A DNA stretch of 64,000 nucleotides from Candidatus Eiseniibacteriota bacterium (GCA_016235265.1 JACRLI010000022.1:9257-73256), one strand, 5' to 3'; positions 11,445 through 23,274 are shown, counted from the first letter of the stretch. Made by a program: numbers and translations. Notes: generated by a model from the letters alone, not told the origin.

Positions 11445-13346
11445 GTGCCTGAGCGCTTCGCCGTGATCGGCACCGCCGGCCACATCGACCACGGCAAGAC
11501 CGCGCTGGTGCGCCGCCTCACCGGGGTGGACACCGACCGGCTCAAGGAGGAGAAGCAGCGGGGCATCTCCATCGACCTGGGGTTCGCACCGCTGGAGCTG
11601 CCGGGAGGGCTGCGCGCCGGGGTGGTGGACGTGCCCGGGCACGAGCGCTTCATCCACAACATGCTCGCCGGCGTGGGCGGCATCGACCTGGTGCTGCTGG
11701 TGGTGGCCGCCGACGAGGGCGTGATGCCCCAGACCCGCGAGCATCTCGCCATCCTGGACCTGCTGCACATTCCCCGCTGCGTGGCCGTGCTCAGCAAGTG
11801 CGACCTGGTGGACCCCGCGATGCTGCCGCTGGTGGAGGACGAGCTGCGCGAGGTGCTGGGCGCCACGCGATTCGCAGCCGCTCCCGTGGCGCGCTTCTCC
11901 GCGCGCACCGGCGAGGGAGCGGAGGCGCTCAAGGCCAGCGTGGCGGCGGCCCTCGGCGGCCTGCCGCTGCGCTCCGACACCGGCGCGGTGCGCCTGCCCG
12001 TGGACCGCGTGTTCACCCTGGAAGGCTTCGGCACCGTGGTGACCGGCACGCTGTGGCGGGGGCGGGTGCGCGTGGGCGACACGCTCACGCTGCAGCCCTC
12101 CGGCCGGAGCGTGCGGGTGCGCACCGTGGAGTCGCACGACCGGCGGGTGGAGGCCATCGGTGCGGGCAGCCGCGTGGCGCTCTCGCTGCATCCCCTGGCG
12201 CGCGACGAGGCGCGGCGCGGCGACTGGCTGGTCTCTCCCGGCTCCGCCGAGCCGCGACGGCGCGTGTCGGTGAGGCTCGAACTGCTGCGCGCCGCGCCGC
12301 GGCCGCTGGGCCAACGCACGCGGGTGACGTTTCACCTGGGATCCTCGGACTCGCCGGGCGTGTTGCGCCTGCTGGGTGTTCCCGGCCTCGAGCCCGGAGG
12401 CACCGCGCTGGCGCAGCTGGAACTTCGCCGTCCCGCGGTGGCCGAGCGTGGCGACCGCTTCGTGGTGCGCGCGGCCTCGCCGGCCGCCACGCTCGGGGGC
12501 GGCACGGTGATCGAGACGGGCGTGCAGCGCCACCGCGTGCACGACGCCGCGGGCCTCGAGCGTCTCGGGCGGCTGGAGCGGGGTACTGCCGCCGATCGGC
12601 TGGCCGAGGCGCTGGAGTCCTCGGCCGGCCCCATGACCCCGGCACAGTTGGAGCGCGCGGCCGAGTGCGCGCCCTCCGAGACACCACAGGCGCTCGCCGA
12701 GCTCGTGACCGCCGGCCGCGCGGCGCGCGTGGGCGGGGCCTACGTATCCGCGCGGCGGTTCGAGGAGGCGCGCGCGCTCCTGATGTCCGAGGTGGAGAGC
12801 CTCCGCCGGGAATTCCCGCTGCGCTTCGGGGTGGGCAAGGGCGAGCTCAAGAGCCGGCTGCAGCGCAGCGTGCCCGCGGCCCTCTTCGACTCGCTGCTGG
12901 CGCGCGCCGTGGCGGATGGCGTGCTGCACGCGCGCGAGGACCGGGTCTCGGCCACCGCGGAGGTCGCGCTGCCGGCGGACGCCGCCCGCGCGGCGGCCGC
13001 GATGCTCGAGGCCGCGCGCGAGGCGGGCCTGCAGGCGCGGCCGCCCGCGGAACTCGCGGCCCTGGGCGGGCCGCAGGGCGCGGAGGTCCTGGCGCGGCTG
13101 CTGTTCGAGCGCAGCCTGGTGAAGCTCGGGCCAGACCTGGTGTTCGATCCGGCGGCGCTCGTGGCCGCGTCGGCCCTCGTCCGCGAGCGGCTGCACACCG
13201 CGCCGAGACTCGCGGTCTCCGACTTCAAGGACCTGTTCGGATTGTCCCGGAAGTACCTCGTGCCGCTGCTGGAGCACCTGGACGCCGTGGGCGTGACCCG
13301 GCGGGAGGGGGACGTTCGCGTGGCGGGAGGACCGGGGAAGGGGTGA
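11445..13346 (+). CDS. selB: selenocysteine-specific translation elongation factor SelB
   Basis: GTG start after an AGGAG RBS. G-domain AVIGTAGHIDHGKT...DVPGHERF...SKCD, beta-barrel domains, and a ~250-aa C-terminal winged-helix extension (633 aa total), which is the SelB architecture rather than EF-Tu. Confidence 0.88.
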   Translation: MPERFAVIGTAGHIDHGKTALVRRLTGVDTDRLKEEKQRGISIDLGFAPLELPGGLRAGVVDVPGHERFIHNMLAGVGGIDLVLLVVAADEGVMPQTREHLAILDLLHIPRCVAVLSKCDLVDPAMLPLVEDELREVLGATRFAAAPVARFSARTGEGAEALKASVAAALGGLPLRSDTGAVRLPVDRVFTLEGFGTVVTGTLWRGRVRVGDTLTLQPSGRSVRVRTVESHDRRVEAIGAGSRVALSLHPLARDEARRGDWLVSPGSAEPRRRVSVRLELLRAAPRPLGQRTRVTFHLGSSDSPGVLRLLGVPGLEPGGTALAQLELRRPAVAERGDRFVVRAASPAATLGGGTVIETGVQRHRVHDAAGLERLGRLERGTAADRLAEALESSAGPMTPAQLERAAECAPSETPQALAELVTAGRAARVGGAYVSARRFEEARALLMSEVESLRREFPLRFGVGKGELKSRLQRSVPAALFDSLLARAVADGVLHAREDRVSATAEVALPADAARAAAAMLEAAREAGLQARPPAELAALGGPQGAEVLARLLFERSLVKLGPDLVFDPAALVAASALVRERLHTAPRLAVSDFKDLFGLSRKYLVPLLEHLDAVGVTRREGDVRVAGGPGKG

Positions 13347-13382
13347 ACAAGGCATCCGGGGCCCCCCAGGCCCGGGCTGCCT

Positions 13383-15167
13383 TCAGGAGGCTTCCGGGGC
13401 CTGCTTTCCCCCGGGTTTGCGCGGCCGCACGATCAGCGTCTTCGCCCGCTCCACCGTGACCTTGCCCGGCCCGCCCCGCGCGCGGCGCACGTGGCGCTTC
13501 TCGGCCACCAGCACCGACACGCGCGAGGAATTCCGGTCCTTGCTCATCCACGCCGCGTAGCCGGCCACCTCCTCCAGCGTGTGGCGGCTGGGATCGCCCG
13601 GCTGGCTGTCGCGCCGCAGCACCACGTGGGAGCCGGGCACGTGGGCGGCGTGAAACCACAGGTCGCCGGGTCGCGCCAGCTTATGGGTCAGGAAATCGTT
13701 CTGGCGGTCGTTGCGGCCCACCAGCACCGCCCAGCCCTCCTCGCTCACCACGCGGGACACCTCGCCGGCGCCGGAGCCTTCCTCGCGCGCATCGCTGCCC
13801 TTGCGCCCTGCCCGCGGCTGGCCCGCGCCACGCGCGCCGGCGCCGCGGTCTCCCGCCCTGCCGCCGCGCGCACCCGGCGGTCCTCCGCCGCGCGCGCCGG
13901 CGCCGCCTCGTCCCGCGCCCGCGTCACCGGCGCGCGGGCCCGCTGCGTCTGCGCCGGCGCGTTCCTCCTCCAGCACCCCCATGGCATCCAGGTCCCGCCA
14001 GCCGGCCGAATCCAGGATCCGCCCCGCCTCGGCGGCTGCGCCTTCCAGCTCCGCCTGCACTTGCGCGCGGCGGCCGGCCAGCATCGAGGAGCGGCGCGCC
14101 AGGCGCGCGGCGCGCCGGAGCATCTCGGTGGCGTTCTCCACGCCGGTGCGCGTGGGGTCGAGCTCGATGGCCACGGTTGCCGCGGGATCTTCGAGGTCGG
14201 GCAGCTCCGCGAGCGAGGTGCCGCGCGGCAGGCCGGCGCCGTGCGCCAGCAGGGTGTGGGCCTGCCGCTCGATGCGCTGTACCAGGCCCGCCTCGTCCGC
14301 CTCCGCCGACAGCTTCTCCAGGGCCCGCGCAGCGCGGGCCTGGCGCTGCAGCGCCCCGCGGGCGGCGGCGCGGCGCGCCACCAGCAGGCGGGCCGGCTCC
14401 AGGTGCGCGCGGTCGAGCCGCTCGAGGGCCTCCATCACCGAGGGCACCGGCTCGGGCTCGACCCCGAGGTGGGTGAGACGCACTCCGCTCACCACCGCGG
14501 GTCGCGCACCCGGGCCATGCAGCCAGGCGCGCCCGCCATGGGCCGCCTCGTCGAGCACCTCGGCCGCGGCGCGGGCCACGGCGCCGGGCTCGTCGCTGCC
14601 GGCACGCGTTCGCACCTCGCGCGCCACCGGAACGGTGAACGCGAGGGAAAGACGCGCCAGCGCGGTGTCGCGGAGCGGCTCGGGATGCTCCCGGATCCAA
14701 CCCTCGAGGACTTCCTCGCCGGGAGGGCCCTCGGTGGCGCCGGGGGCGAATGTGGGAAGCGAACTCGTCCACGGCCGGTCGGAGGGGCGTCGGTGGCCCG
14801 CACGGACCTCGTCGCCCGAGAGCAGCAGCAGGCAGGGGCGGGGAGGGCCGACCAGCGAGATCTCGAGCGGACCTGAGACCACCTCGCCGAAAAGGCGCAG
14901 CCGGCCGGGCTCGGCGGCGGCCCCGGTGGCCTGCCAGCCGGTGAGCGCCTGGTCCATGTACTCCAGGGAGATGGGCAGGCCCTTCAACGCGTCCGCCGCC
15001 GCGGGGCAGATGCCGCAGCAGCCTTCGTCCAGCAGCAGCGCCCAGCGATTCCGGTCCAGGCGCAACGCCACCCGTCGCGGGTCCAGGCGCGCGAGCCCCC
15101 CGAAGCGCGCGCCACGGGTGCGCTCCGCCCACTCGGAGGCGAGGCGCCGGCAGGTAAGCAGGTCCAC
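13383..15167 (-). CDS. RqcH/FbpA-like NFACT-family protein (ribosome quality control)
   Basis: C-terminal NFACT-R/DUF814 signature DLWFHAAHVPGSHVVLR, an internal Gly/Arg-rich linker, and an N-terminal NFACT-N-like region. A GTG start 2 nt after the upstream gene's TGA is preferred; the ORF is open to 15314. Confidence 0.7.
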   Translation of the reverse strand: MDLLTCRRLASEWAERTRGARFGGLARLDPRRVALRLDRNRWALLLDEGCCGICPAAADALKGLPISLEYMDQALTGWQATGAAAEPGRLRLFGEVVSGPLEISLVGPPRPCLLLLSGDEVRAGHRRPSDRPWTSSLPTFAPGATEGPPGEEVLEGWIREHPEPLRDTALARLSLAFTVPVAREVRTRAGSDEPGAVARAAAEVLDEAAHGGRAWLHGPGARPAVVSGVRLTHLGVEPEPVPSVMEALERLDRAHLEPARLLVARRAAARGALQRQARAARALEKLSAEADEAGLVQRIERQAHTLLAHGAGLPRGTSLAELPDLEDPAATVAIELDPTRTGVENATEMLRRAARLARRSSMLAGRRAQVQAELEGAAAEAGRILDSAGWRDLDAMGVLEEERAGADAAGPRAGDAGAGRGGAGARGGGPPGARGGRAGDRGAGARGAGQPRAGRKGSDAREEGSGAGEVSRVVSEEGWAVLVGRNDRQNDFLTHKLARPGDLWFHAAHVPGSHVVLRRDSQPGDPSRHTLEEVAGYAAWMSKDRNSSRVSVLVAEKRHVRRARGGPGKVTVERAKTLIVRPRKPGGKQAPEAS

Positions 15168-15168
15168 G

Positions 15169-15918
15169 TCAGGGGCCGCCGGGTGCGGCAGGGTTGGCCG
15201 CACCGCCCGGGGCGGGCAGCGTGGTTCCGTTACCCGCGCCCCCCAGGCCCAGGCGCGAGCCCTCGAACGGCTCGGAGCGCAGCACCACGGAGCGGTCGCC
15301 CAGGCCGGAGACACCCAGCATCACCCGCATCAGCGAGCGCGCGATGCCCAGGCCACCGCCCTTGTCGGACTCGGCCTGCACCTCGCCGCGCAGCCAGCCC
15401 TCGACCTCGGTGAGGTCGTGCAGCGTGAGCGTCTTGATGTCCGCGCGGATCACCAGGTAATAGCGGTTCTCATCCTGCAGCTTGTCCAGCGGGGCGGTCT
15501 TCAGGTGCACGTGCCGGCTCACGCCGGCCTCCGCCTCCTCCGCGGTGAGGTACTGCCGGATGTCGGGTCCCAGGCCGGCCACCGCGTAGATCTCCTGCCA
15601 CGGGTCGTAGCGCAGCCGCACCTCCAGCGTGCGGGAGGCGATGAGCGCGTCGAACCAGTGGCTGCGCTCGCGCCACAACTCCACCGTGTAGAGGAAGGTC
15701 AGCGGGCGGCCGTGGCGCAGGTCGTCATGGGTGCGGCCCTCCAGCGCATGCAGCAGGCTGAAGTCGGTCCAGCACCAGCCCGAACCGGCTTCCACCTGCT
15801 CCAACTCCAGCCGCAACGGGGGGCGCTCCGCCTTCTCCGCCCTGCCCGAGTCCTGCGCGCGCGCGGGGATGGCCACGGCGGCGAGGAGCAGGCAGGCCAG
15901 GGCGGCGCGGCGGAACAT
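15169..15918 (-). CDS. secreted/periplasmic protein, tentatively DUF4390-like
   Basis: MFRRAALACLLLAAVAIPARA signal peptide; ~250 aa. Its ATG overlaps the upstream OMP stop (TGATG). The DUF4390 assignment rests on my recollection of that family and its usual NtrY/NtrX neighbourhood; it is not verified. Confidence 0.55.
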   Translation of the reverse strand: MFRRAALACLLLAAVAIPARAQDSGRAEKAERPPLRLELEQVEAGSGWCWTDFSLLHALEGRTHDDLRHGRPLTFLYTVELWRERSHWFDALIASRTLEVRLRYDPWQEIYAVAGLGPDIRQYLTAEEAEAGVSRHVHLKTAPLDKLQDENRYYLVIRADIKTLTLHDLTEVEGWLRGEVQAESDKGGGLGIARSLMRVMLGVSGLGDRSVVLRSEPFEGSRLGLGGAGNGTTLPAPGGAANPAAPGGP

Positions 15919-17239
15919 CAGAAGGTCCTGTTCATCCGGAAGGAGAGCCGGGGACCGCCGTGGCCGGCGTTCAACCCCTGGGCGGCATACACGTGGAACC
16001 CGTCGCTGCCGGTCTGAAGGCCCAGGCCGGCGTCCCACGCGGGGCGCGTCGGGTCACCCTCGGCGCGCCACGCATGGCCCACCTCGGTGAACAGCACCAG
16101 TTCCAGCGCGCGGAGCGTCTCGTCGCGGTCCAGCAGCGCGACGTGCTGCCCCAGGTTCATGGAGTACTCGACATTCAGCAGGTAGTAGCGGTCGCCCGCC
16201 TGTTCCTTGTACTCGTGGCCGCGCAGCGTGCCCACGCCGCCCACGGTGAACTCGTCCTGCGCGGTCAGGCGCCCGCCCAGGCGCGCGCCCGCCGCGGCCC
16301 GCACGTTCAGCCACAGCCCCGGGGCCAGCTTGGAGGTCCAGCGCGACTCCACCTTGGCCCGCGAGTACCCGAAGTCGCCGCCCAGGAACCCCCCCGCGGC
16401 GCGCGCCTCCGCGTGCAGCTCCACGCCCGGCCGGGGCGCGGGCCGGCCGCCCCGTGAGCTCAGCCACAGGGCGGCGGAGACCTCGTGCAGCACGCCGGCG
16501 TCGTAGACGGGGTTGGCGCGGAACTTCCGGTCGCCGCCGAACAGGGTCCAGGTCTCGGTGCGCGCCCGGAGCGCGACGAGGTCGTCGGAGCGAAAGCCCG
16601 CGGTGAGCCCGCCGGACTCGCCCCACGCGATCCTTGCGAACGCCGATGCGCCGTTCCGCCCGAAGTAGTCGAGGTAGTCCTGTCGCAGGAGCAGCGCCGA
16701 AAGGGTGTTCTCGGTGCGGCTCAACAGCGTCCAGTCCGGGGAGTCCGTGAGCCGGTAGATCCGGCCCCCCACCGCGATATAGGGGCGCAGCCCAAGCGGT
16801 TGCTCCAGCCCGACCGAGTAGTTCCACTGGCCGCGGCCGACGGAGTAGCTGGCTTCCAGCTCGGCCCGCGGGTACATGGGCTCCGGGGGACGCGGCGTGA
16901 GCCGGGCCCCGAGGCGCAGCTGGTCCACCCGGTTGTAGTCTCCCGCGAGGGTGATCTCCCGCTGGTGGCGCAGCCGCTCGCGCAACCGCCGGAGGCCGTC
17001 GAGGCGGCGGTCCGGCCGCGGGCCGAACGGCGCGAGGCTGTCCCCGGGAAACGGCACCGGCGGAGCGGGGGACAGCGAGTCGCCGCCCGCCGTCGTGGTG
17101 TCGCGCGGCTGGCGCACGATGCCCAGCACCCACGGCGACGCGGCCTCGGCCAGCGCGCCGCCCGGGGAGAGGCCCGGATGCGCCTGTGCCGCCTGCGGCA
17201 GGCCCAGGACCGCGACCGCGAGCACCAGCGCGGCCCTCC

Positions 17240-17243
<4 letters not shown>
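15918..17243 (-). CDS. putative outer-membrane beta-barrel protein
   Basis: GTG start followed by VRRAALVLAVAVLGLPQAAQA signal peptide. Alternating amphipathic strands rich in G/Y/R, and a C-terminal ...LSFRMNRTF ending in Phe as in an OMP beta-signal. Confidence 0.6.
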
Positions 17244-18597
<1,354 letters not shown>

Positions 18598-18601
<4 letters not shown>

Positions 18602-20166
18602 GCGTCCTCCTCCAGCGGAATCCACAGGTCCACGCGGGCGCCGCCGCCCGCCTCGTTGCCCAGCGTCACCTCGCCGCCGTGCGCCTCGGCGATGCGGCGC
18701 ACCATCGCCAGGCCCAGGCCGGTGCCGTGGGTCTTCTCGGTGAAGTACGGCTCGCCCGCGCGTTCCAGCGCATCCGTGCCGAACCCGGGCCCGCCGTCGC
18801 GCACGCGCAACCGGAAGCCGGTCCGCGCGCGGCGCGTTTCGGCTGCCGCCTCCACCCACACCGGCCCGGCGCCGCGGGTGGCGTCCGAGGCGTTCTGGAT
18901 CAGGTTGTGCAAGGCCTGCCGCAGCTGCCCCTCGTCCACGCGCGCGGTCAGGCCCTCGGGGGCCGCGTGGGCCAGGCGCATCCGGCCGCCCTCGTACATC
19001 TCGGCCACGGAGCGTACCACCGCGGCGACGTCGGCGGGCCGGCGATCCGGCTCGGGCAGCCGCGAGAAGCGCGAGAACGCATCGGCCATCCGGCGCAGCG
19101 ACTCCACCTCCCGATCCACCGAGTCCAGGCTTTCCGAGAGCCGGTCGCGCTCGGCGGGCTCGAGCTTCTCCTCCAGCCCGCGCAGGCGGTGTACCGCCAG
19201 CTTCACCGGGGTCAGCGGGTTCTTGATCTCGTGCGCGATGCGCCGCGCCACTTCACGCCAGGCCGCTGCCCGCTCGGCGCGGGCGAGATTGCGCCGGCTG
19301 GATTCCAGGTCGGCGCGCATGGCTTCGAACGCCGCCGCCAGCTCGCGCACCTCGAACCCGCCACCGGCCACGGGCTCGCCGGCCTCCCCGCGACTCAGCG
19401 CCCCCATGGCGCGCGCCAGCGACTCCAGCGGGCGCGTGACGCCCTGCGCCAGCGCGGACGCGGCCAGCCATGAGAGTACAATCACCAGGGTCAGGATGCC
19501 CAGAGTTCCGAGCAGCAGGCCCCCGCGCGCCACGCGCCGGTAGTCCTCCAGCTCGTCGTAGAACGCCTGGGCCTCGATGATGTTGGTGAGCGGGCCCTGT
19601 ACCCCCGGCGGGAGCGGGGTCATCGCGGTCCAGCGGCGCGCGCCGTCCACGTGGACCAGGGCGAGGTGCTGCGGACCCGCGACCACCAGGGTGTCGCCGA
19701 CCATGGAGTGCAGGCGCCGCTCCAGCACACCGTGCGGGGCGGTGCGTCCGGGCTTGACGAGCCAGCGAGCTCGGTCGGGCCGGCGGGCGGGGGCCACCGC
19801 CACTGCGTCGAATGGCGAGCGGGCCAGGCCCGCCGGGGAGATACCCGTCGCCGGAACCTCGCGGTCGGCGCCCGGAGCATCCGGAGCCTCTCCCCCCGGG
19901 AGGGCGCCGCGCGCCGGGGCAGCCGATGCCGCGATGAGTGTGTCGAGATCATCCTCGAGCGCGGGACGCCGCTCGGACAGCAACTGGCGGGCCACGCCCA
20001 GTGAGCCCTCCAGCGCGCGGCTCACCGCCGGCGTGCGCCACAACTCCAGGCTGGCGTCGAGGGTGCGGTAGGCCAGCGCGGCCAGCAGCAGGCTGGGCGC
20101 GGCCGAGAAGGCGAGGAAGGTGAGGAAGAGCCGGTGTCGCAGCCGGGCCGGCGGACGTCCGGGCAT
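18598..20166 (-). CDS. sensor histidine kinase, NtrY-like (2 TM, periplasmic domain, HAMP, HisKA, HATPase)
   Basis: TM1 at ~12-35, a ~165-aa periplasmic segment, TM2, HAMP, the H-box AHEIKNPLTPV, and a G-box GTGLGLAMV; 522 aa. Confidence 0.88.
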
Positions 20167-20190
20167 CGGAAGGAATGACTCCCCGGGCCG

Positions 20191-21261
20191 TCAGGCCCGC
20201 TTCAACAGGTCGGCGCCCAGCTGTCCGCAGGCCGCGTTCACGTCCTTGCCCTGGCTGAAGCGCAGCATCACCCGGTGTCCCTTCGACTCGAGGTAATCGC
20301 GGAACTGGTTGGCGCGCAGGCTGCTCTTGAAGGGGGTGCCGGGAGTGGGGTTCCAGTTGATGAGGTTCAGCTTGTGCGGAAACTCGCGCACCAGCTGCGA
20401 AAGCCGGCGCGCGTCGGCCGCCGAGTCGTTGAACCCGCCCAGCAGCACGTACTCGAAGGTGAGCTGGCGCTGGCCGCTCTCGGCGTAGTGGCGCACCGCC
20501 TTGAGCAGCTCCTCGAGCGGCCACTTGCGGTTGATGGGCATGATCTCGCTGCGCTGCTCGTCCGTGGGTGCGTTGAGCGAGACGGCCAGGTTGACCTGCA
20601 GCGGTTCCGCCGCCAGCTTGCGGATGCCGGGCACCACCCCCGCCGTGGAGATGGTGAAGTGCCGCGCCCCCAGGTTCAGGGTGCGCTCGTCGTTGGCCAG
20701 CCGGATGGCCGCCAGCACCCGGTCGTAGTTGTTCATCGGCTCGCCCATGCCCATGAAGACCACGTTCACGTGACGCTCGGCGGGGGCGCGCAGGCGCAGC
20801 ATGAGGATCTGCGCCAGGATCTCCCAGGGCTGGAGATTGCGCAGCAGGCCCATCTTGCCGGTGGCGCAGAAGTGGCAATCCAGCGCACAGCCCACCTGGG
20901 AGGACACGCACAGGGTGTGCAGCCGGGGGGTCTGCAGGTGCACGCACTCCACGATCTTGCCGTCGTGCAGGCGGAGCGCCAGCTTGGCGCTGCGGTCCTT
21001 GAGCGAGGGGGCCTCGCGCACCACGCTGGGCAGGCCGAGCTCGAACACCTCGCCGAGTTCATCCCGCAAATGCTTGGGAATATTGGCCATCAGCGTGGGA
21101 TCGGTGACCCCTCGAAAGACCCACGCCAGGACCTGGGCGGCGCGGTAGCCATCCCAGCCGTGCTCCACGAAGTCCCGTTCCAGCTGCAGCGGGTCACGGC
21201 CGAGTATGTGCGGTCGAAGGCTGTACACGGGGGTTGGCTCTCCGGGAAGGCGTGGCGGCAA
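20191..21261 (-). CDS. rlmN: 23S rRNA (adenine2503-C2)-methyltransferase RlmN (radical SAM)
   Basis: CALDCHFC radical-SAM cluster motif and RlmN/Cfr-family homology over 356 aa (…GMGEPMNNYD…). Confidence 0.9.
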   Translation of the reverse strand: MPPRLPGEPTPVYSLRPHILGRDPLQLERDFVEHGWDGYRAAQVLAWVFRGVTDPTLMANIPKHLRDELGEVFELGLPSVVREAPSLKDRSAKLALRLHDGKIVECVHLQTPRLHTLCVSSQVGCALDCHFCATGKMGLLRNLQPWEILAQILMLRLRAPAERHVNVVFMGMGEPMNNYDRVLAAIRLANDERTLNLGARHFTISTAGVVPGIRKLAAEPLQVNLAVSLNAPTDEQRSEIMPINRKWPLEELLKAVRHYAESGQRQLTFEYVLLGGFNDSAADARRLSQLVREFPHKLNLINWNPTPGTPFKSSLRANQFRDYLESKGHRVMLRFSQGKDVNAACGQLGADLLKRA

Positions 21262-21271
21262 ATAATCCGTT

Positions 21272-21292
21272 GGATGCGCAACGCTCGTATGG
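21272..21292. promoter_or_regulatory. inverted repeat CGTATGGTATCATTATACG in the divergent rlmN/arsR promoter region
   Basis: CGTAT-N9-ATACG palindrome in an AT-rich pocket immediately upstream of the ArsR-family gene; candidate operator. Confidence 0.35.
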
Positions 21293-21347
21293 TATCATTA
21301 TACGTCAGGCGGGTCAATGAAGGCCGCCATTGCCCAATTGAGGACCC

Positions 21348-21746
21348 ATGAAGAAACCCGACGAATCCCGCTGGCCACAGATTTTCAAGGCGTTGGGCCA
21401 CCCGGTGCGCTTCCGCCTCTACCTCGAGGCGTGCGCAAAGCCCCTGACGGTCAGCGAGCTCGTGGCGCTTTCCGGCCGCAGCCAGCCCGCCGTATCCCAG
21501 TACCTCAATGCGCTGCGCCGCGCGGGCCTGGTGCGGGTCACCCGCAAGGGCCGCAACATGATCTACGAGGCGCTACCGGTGGACTGGTCGGCCCAGCGCA
21601 GCCTCGAGGCGCTGGGACTCGACGGGGGACCGGTCCGGGAAGCCGCGGTTGCCGCGGCGCCTTCCGCCGAGGTCGAGGTCTTTCCCGAGTTCACCACCGC
21701 CCAGGCACCTGCCGTTCGCGATTCCGGCGAAGACTACCTGCTCTAG
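21348..21746 (+). CDS. ArsR/SmtB-family transcriptional regulator
   Basis: Winged HTH: LGHPVRFRLYLEA...LTVSELVALSGRSQPAVSQYLNALRRAGLV; 132 aa. Confidence 0.85.
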   Translation: MKKPDESRWPQIFKALGHPVRFRLYLEACAKPLTVSELVALSGRSQPAVSQYLNALRRAGLVRVTRKGRNMIYEALPVDWSAQRSLEALGLDGGPVREAAVAAAPSAEVEVFPEFTTAQAPAVRDSGEDYLL

Positions 21747-21752
21747 TCGCCG

Positions 21753-22709
21753 ATGAGCCGGGTGCGCTCGGAGCGCCGCGCCGCCATCGACATCGGGACC
21801 AACTCGGTCCGCCTGCTGGTGGCCGACGTTCATCCCGACGGGCGCGTGTGCGCGCTCGTCCAGCGGGGCACCGTTACCCGGCTGGGCGAGGGGCTGGACG
21901 CCTCCGGCAGGATCTCCGAGTCGGCCGCCGCCCGCACCTTGAAGGCCATCCAGGAAGCTCTCTCCGAGGCCCGCGCCACCGGCGCGGGCCCGATCGTGCT
22001 CGCGGCCACCAGCGCGTTGCGCTCCGCATCCAACGGGTCGGAGATCTCCGCCTCGATCGAGCGGCTCGCCGGGCTGAAGCTGCGCGTGCTGAGCGGTGAG
22101 GAGGAAGCCCGGCTGGTGTTCGGGGCGGTGCAGGCGGGTCAGCCCGGGACGGGCCCCGTCGTGGTGATGGACATCGGCGGCGGCAGCACCGAGTTCGCCT
22201 TCGGCAGCGGCCGGGATCTGGCCGCCACGCGGAGCCTCGACCTGGGGTGTGTGCGTCTGTTCGAGCGGGCGATCCACCGGGGGGGCCTGGAGGGCGAGGC
22301 CGGATACCGGGCGGCCCGGGAGCAGATGCGCGAGGCCCTGGCCGCGGAGTGCGGGGGCTTGAGGGCTGGGTACGCCGGCGCGCCAATTCGCGGGGTGGGG
22401 GGCACCTTCACGGCCTTCGCGATGGTCCAGCGCGGAAGCCAGAGGTACGAGCCCGGGAGCCTCGAAGGCACCACCTTGACGGCGGCCGACGAGGCACGTA
22501 TCTCCTTGGCGCTGAGAGTGATGCCCTTGGAGGAGCGGCGCCGGCTGGTGGGTGAGGGCCGGGCGGACCTGGTGCTGGCGGGTGCCGCCATCCTGGACGA
22601 GGCGGTGGAGTGGTTCCGGGCGTCCGAGGTGCAGGTGTCCACCCATGGCCTGCGCTACGGGCTGCTGCACGAGGTGAACCGGCAGGGGGCCGGTCCGGGC
22701 GGGTCATGA
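21753..22709 (+). CDS. Ppx/GppA family phosphatase (exopolyphosphatase / pppGpp phosphohydrolase, short form)
   Basis: AAIDIGTNSVRLLVADV N-terminal actin-like fold and DIGGGSTEF motif; 318 aa covering only the N-terminal catalytic domains. Confidence 0.85.
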   Translation: MSRVRSERRAAIDIGTNSVRLLVADVHPDGRVCALVQRGTVTRLGEGLDASGRISESAAARTLKAIQEALSEARATGAGPIVLAATSALRSASNGSEISASIERLAGLKLRVLSGEEEARLVFGAVQAGQPGTGPVVVMDIGGGSTEFAFGSGRDLAATRSLDLGCVRLFERAIHRGGLEGEAGYRAAREQMREALAAECGGLRAGYAGAPIRGVGGTFTAFAMVQRGSQRYEPGSLEGTTLTAADEARISLALRVMPLEERRRLVGEGRADLVLAGAAILDEAVEWFRASEVQVSTHGLRYGLLHEVNRQGAGPGGS

Positions 22710-22861
22710 TAACCCGCAGGCAAAGATTCTTGGGATTGTAGCAACTATTTTGTCACACACCCGTGGACTGCCACCGGGTCCGCGCCTATACTTTGGTAGC
22801 TGGACATGCTCTGTTTTCCACCCACGGGTTGTGCAAACCCGTAACGAAAGGAGTTGATGCT

Positions 22862-23236
22862 ATGCATCGTCCACGGACTGCACTTCTTCTTGCAGTCGCC
22901 GTGGCGGCGGCGTGCCTTTCGTCCCCCCCCGCACAAGGGGCAGGGGTGTCCGGAATCGACGGACGCACCGGCTCCGGTCCCGGTCTGGGCCATCGCGGCT
23001 GGTCGCCGTATGGTGACTCCGATCAGTACACCACGAAGACCACGCCACCCCCGTCGCAGACAAACATCGTGGCCCCGGTCCAGCCGCAAGTCAGCCCGCC
23101 CGCAGTCGGAGGCGGCGGCGGCGGCAGCCGAAACGTCTCGTGCAATGGCAGCCACGCAGGCGTGCGCCCCGGTGTCCCGTTTTCCCAGCTGCTGAGGAAC
23201 TACCTTCGGGCGTTCTTAGGGATCACGGAGCAATAG
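22862..23236 (+). CDS. small secreted Pro/Gly-rich hypothetical protein
   Basis: AAAGGAG RBS; MHRPRTALLLAVAVAAACLSSPPAQG signal peptide; 124 aa, low complexity. Confidence 0.45.
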   Translation: MHRPRTALLLAVAVAAACLSSPPAQGAGVSGIDGRTGSGPGLGHRGWSPYGDSDQYTTKTTPPPSQTNIVAPVQPQVSPPAVGGGGGGSRNVSCNGSHAGVRPGVPFSQLLRNYLRAFLGITEQ

Positions 23237-23274
23237 CACGGCGTCCCCCAGAGTCTCGAACCGTCGGGATTGCT

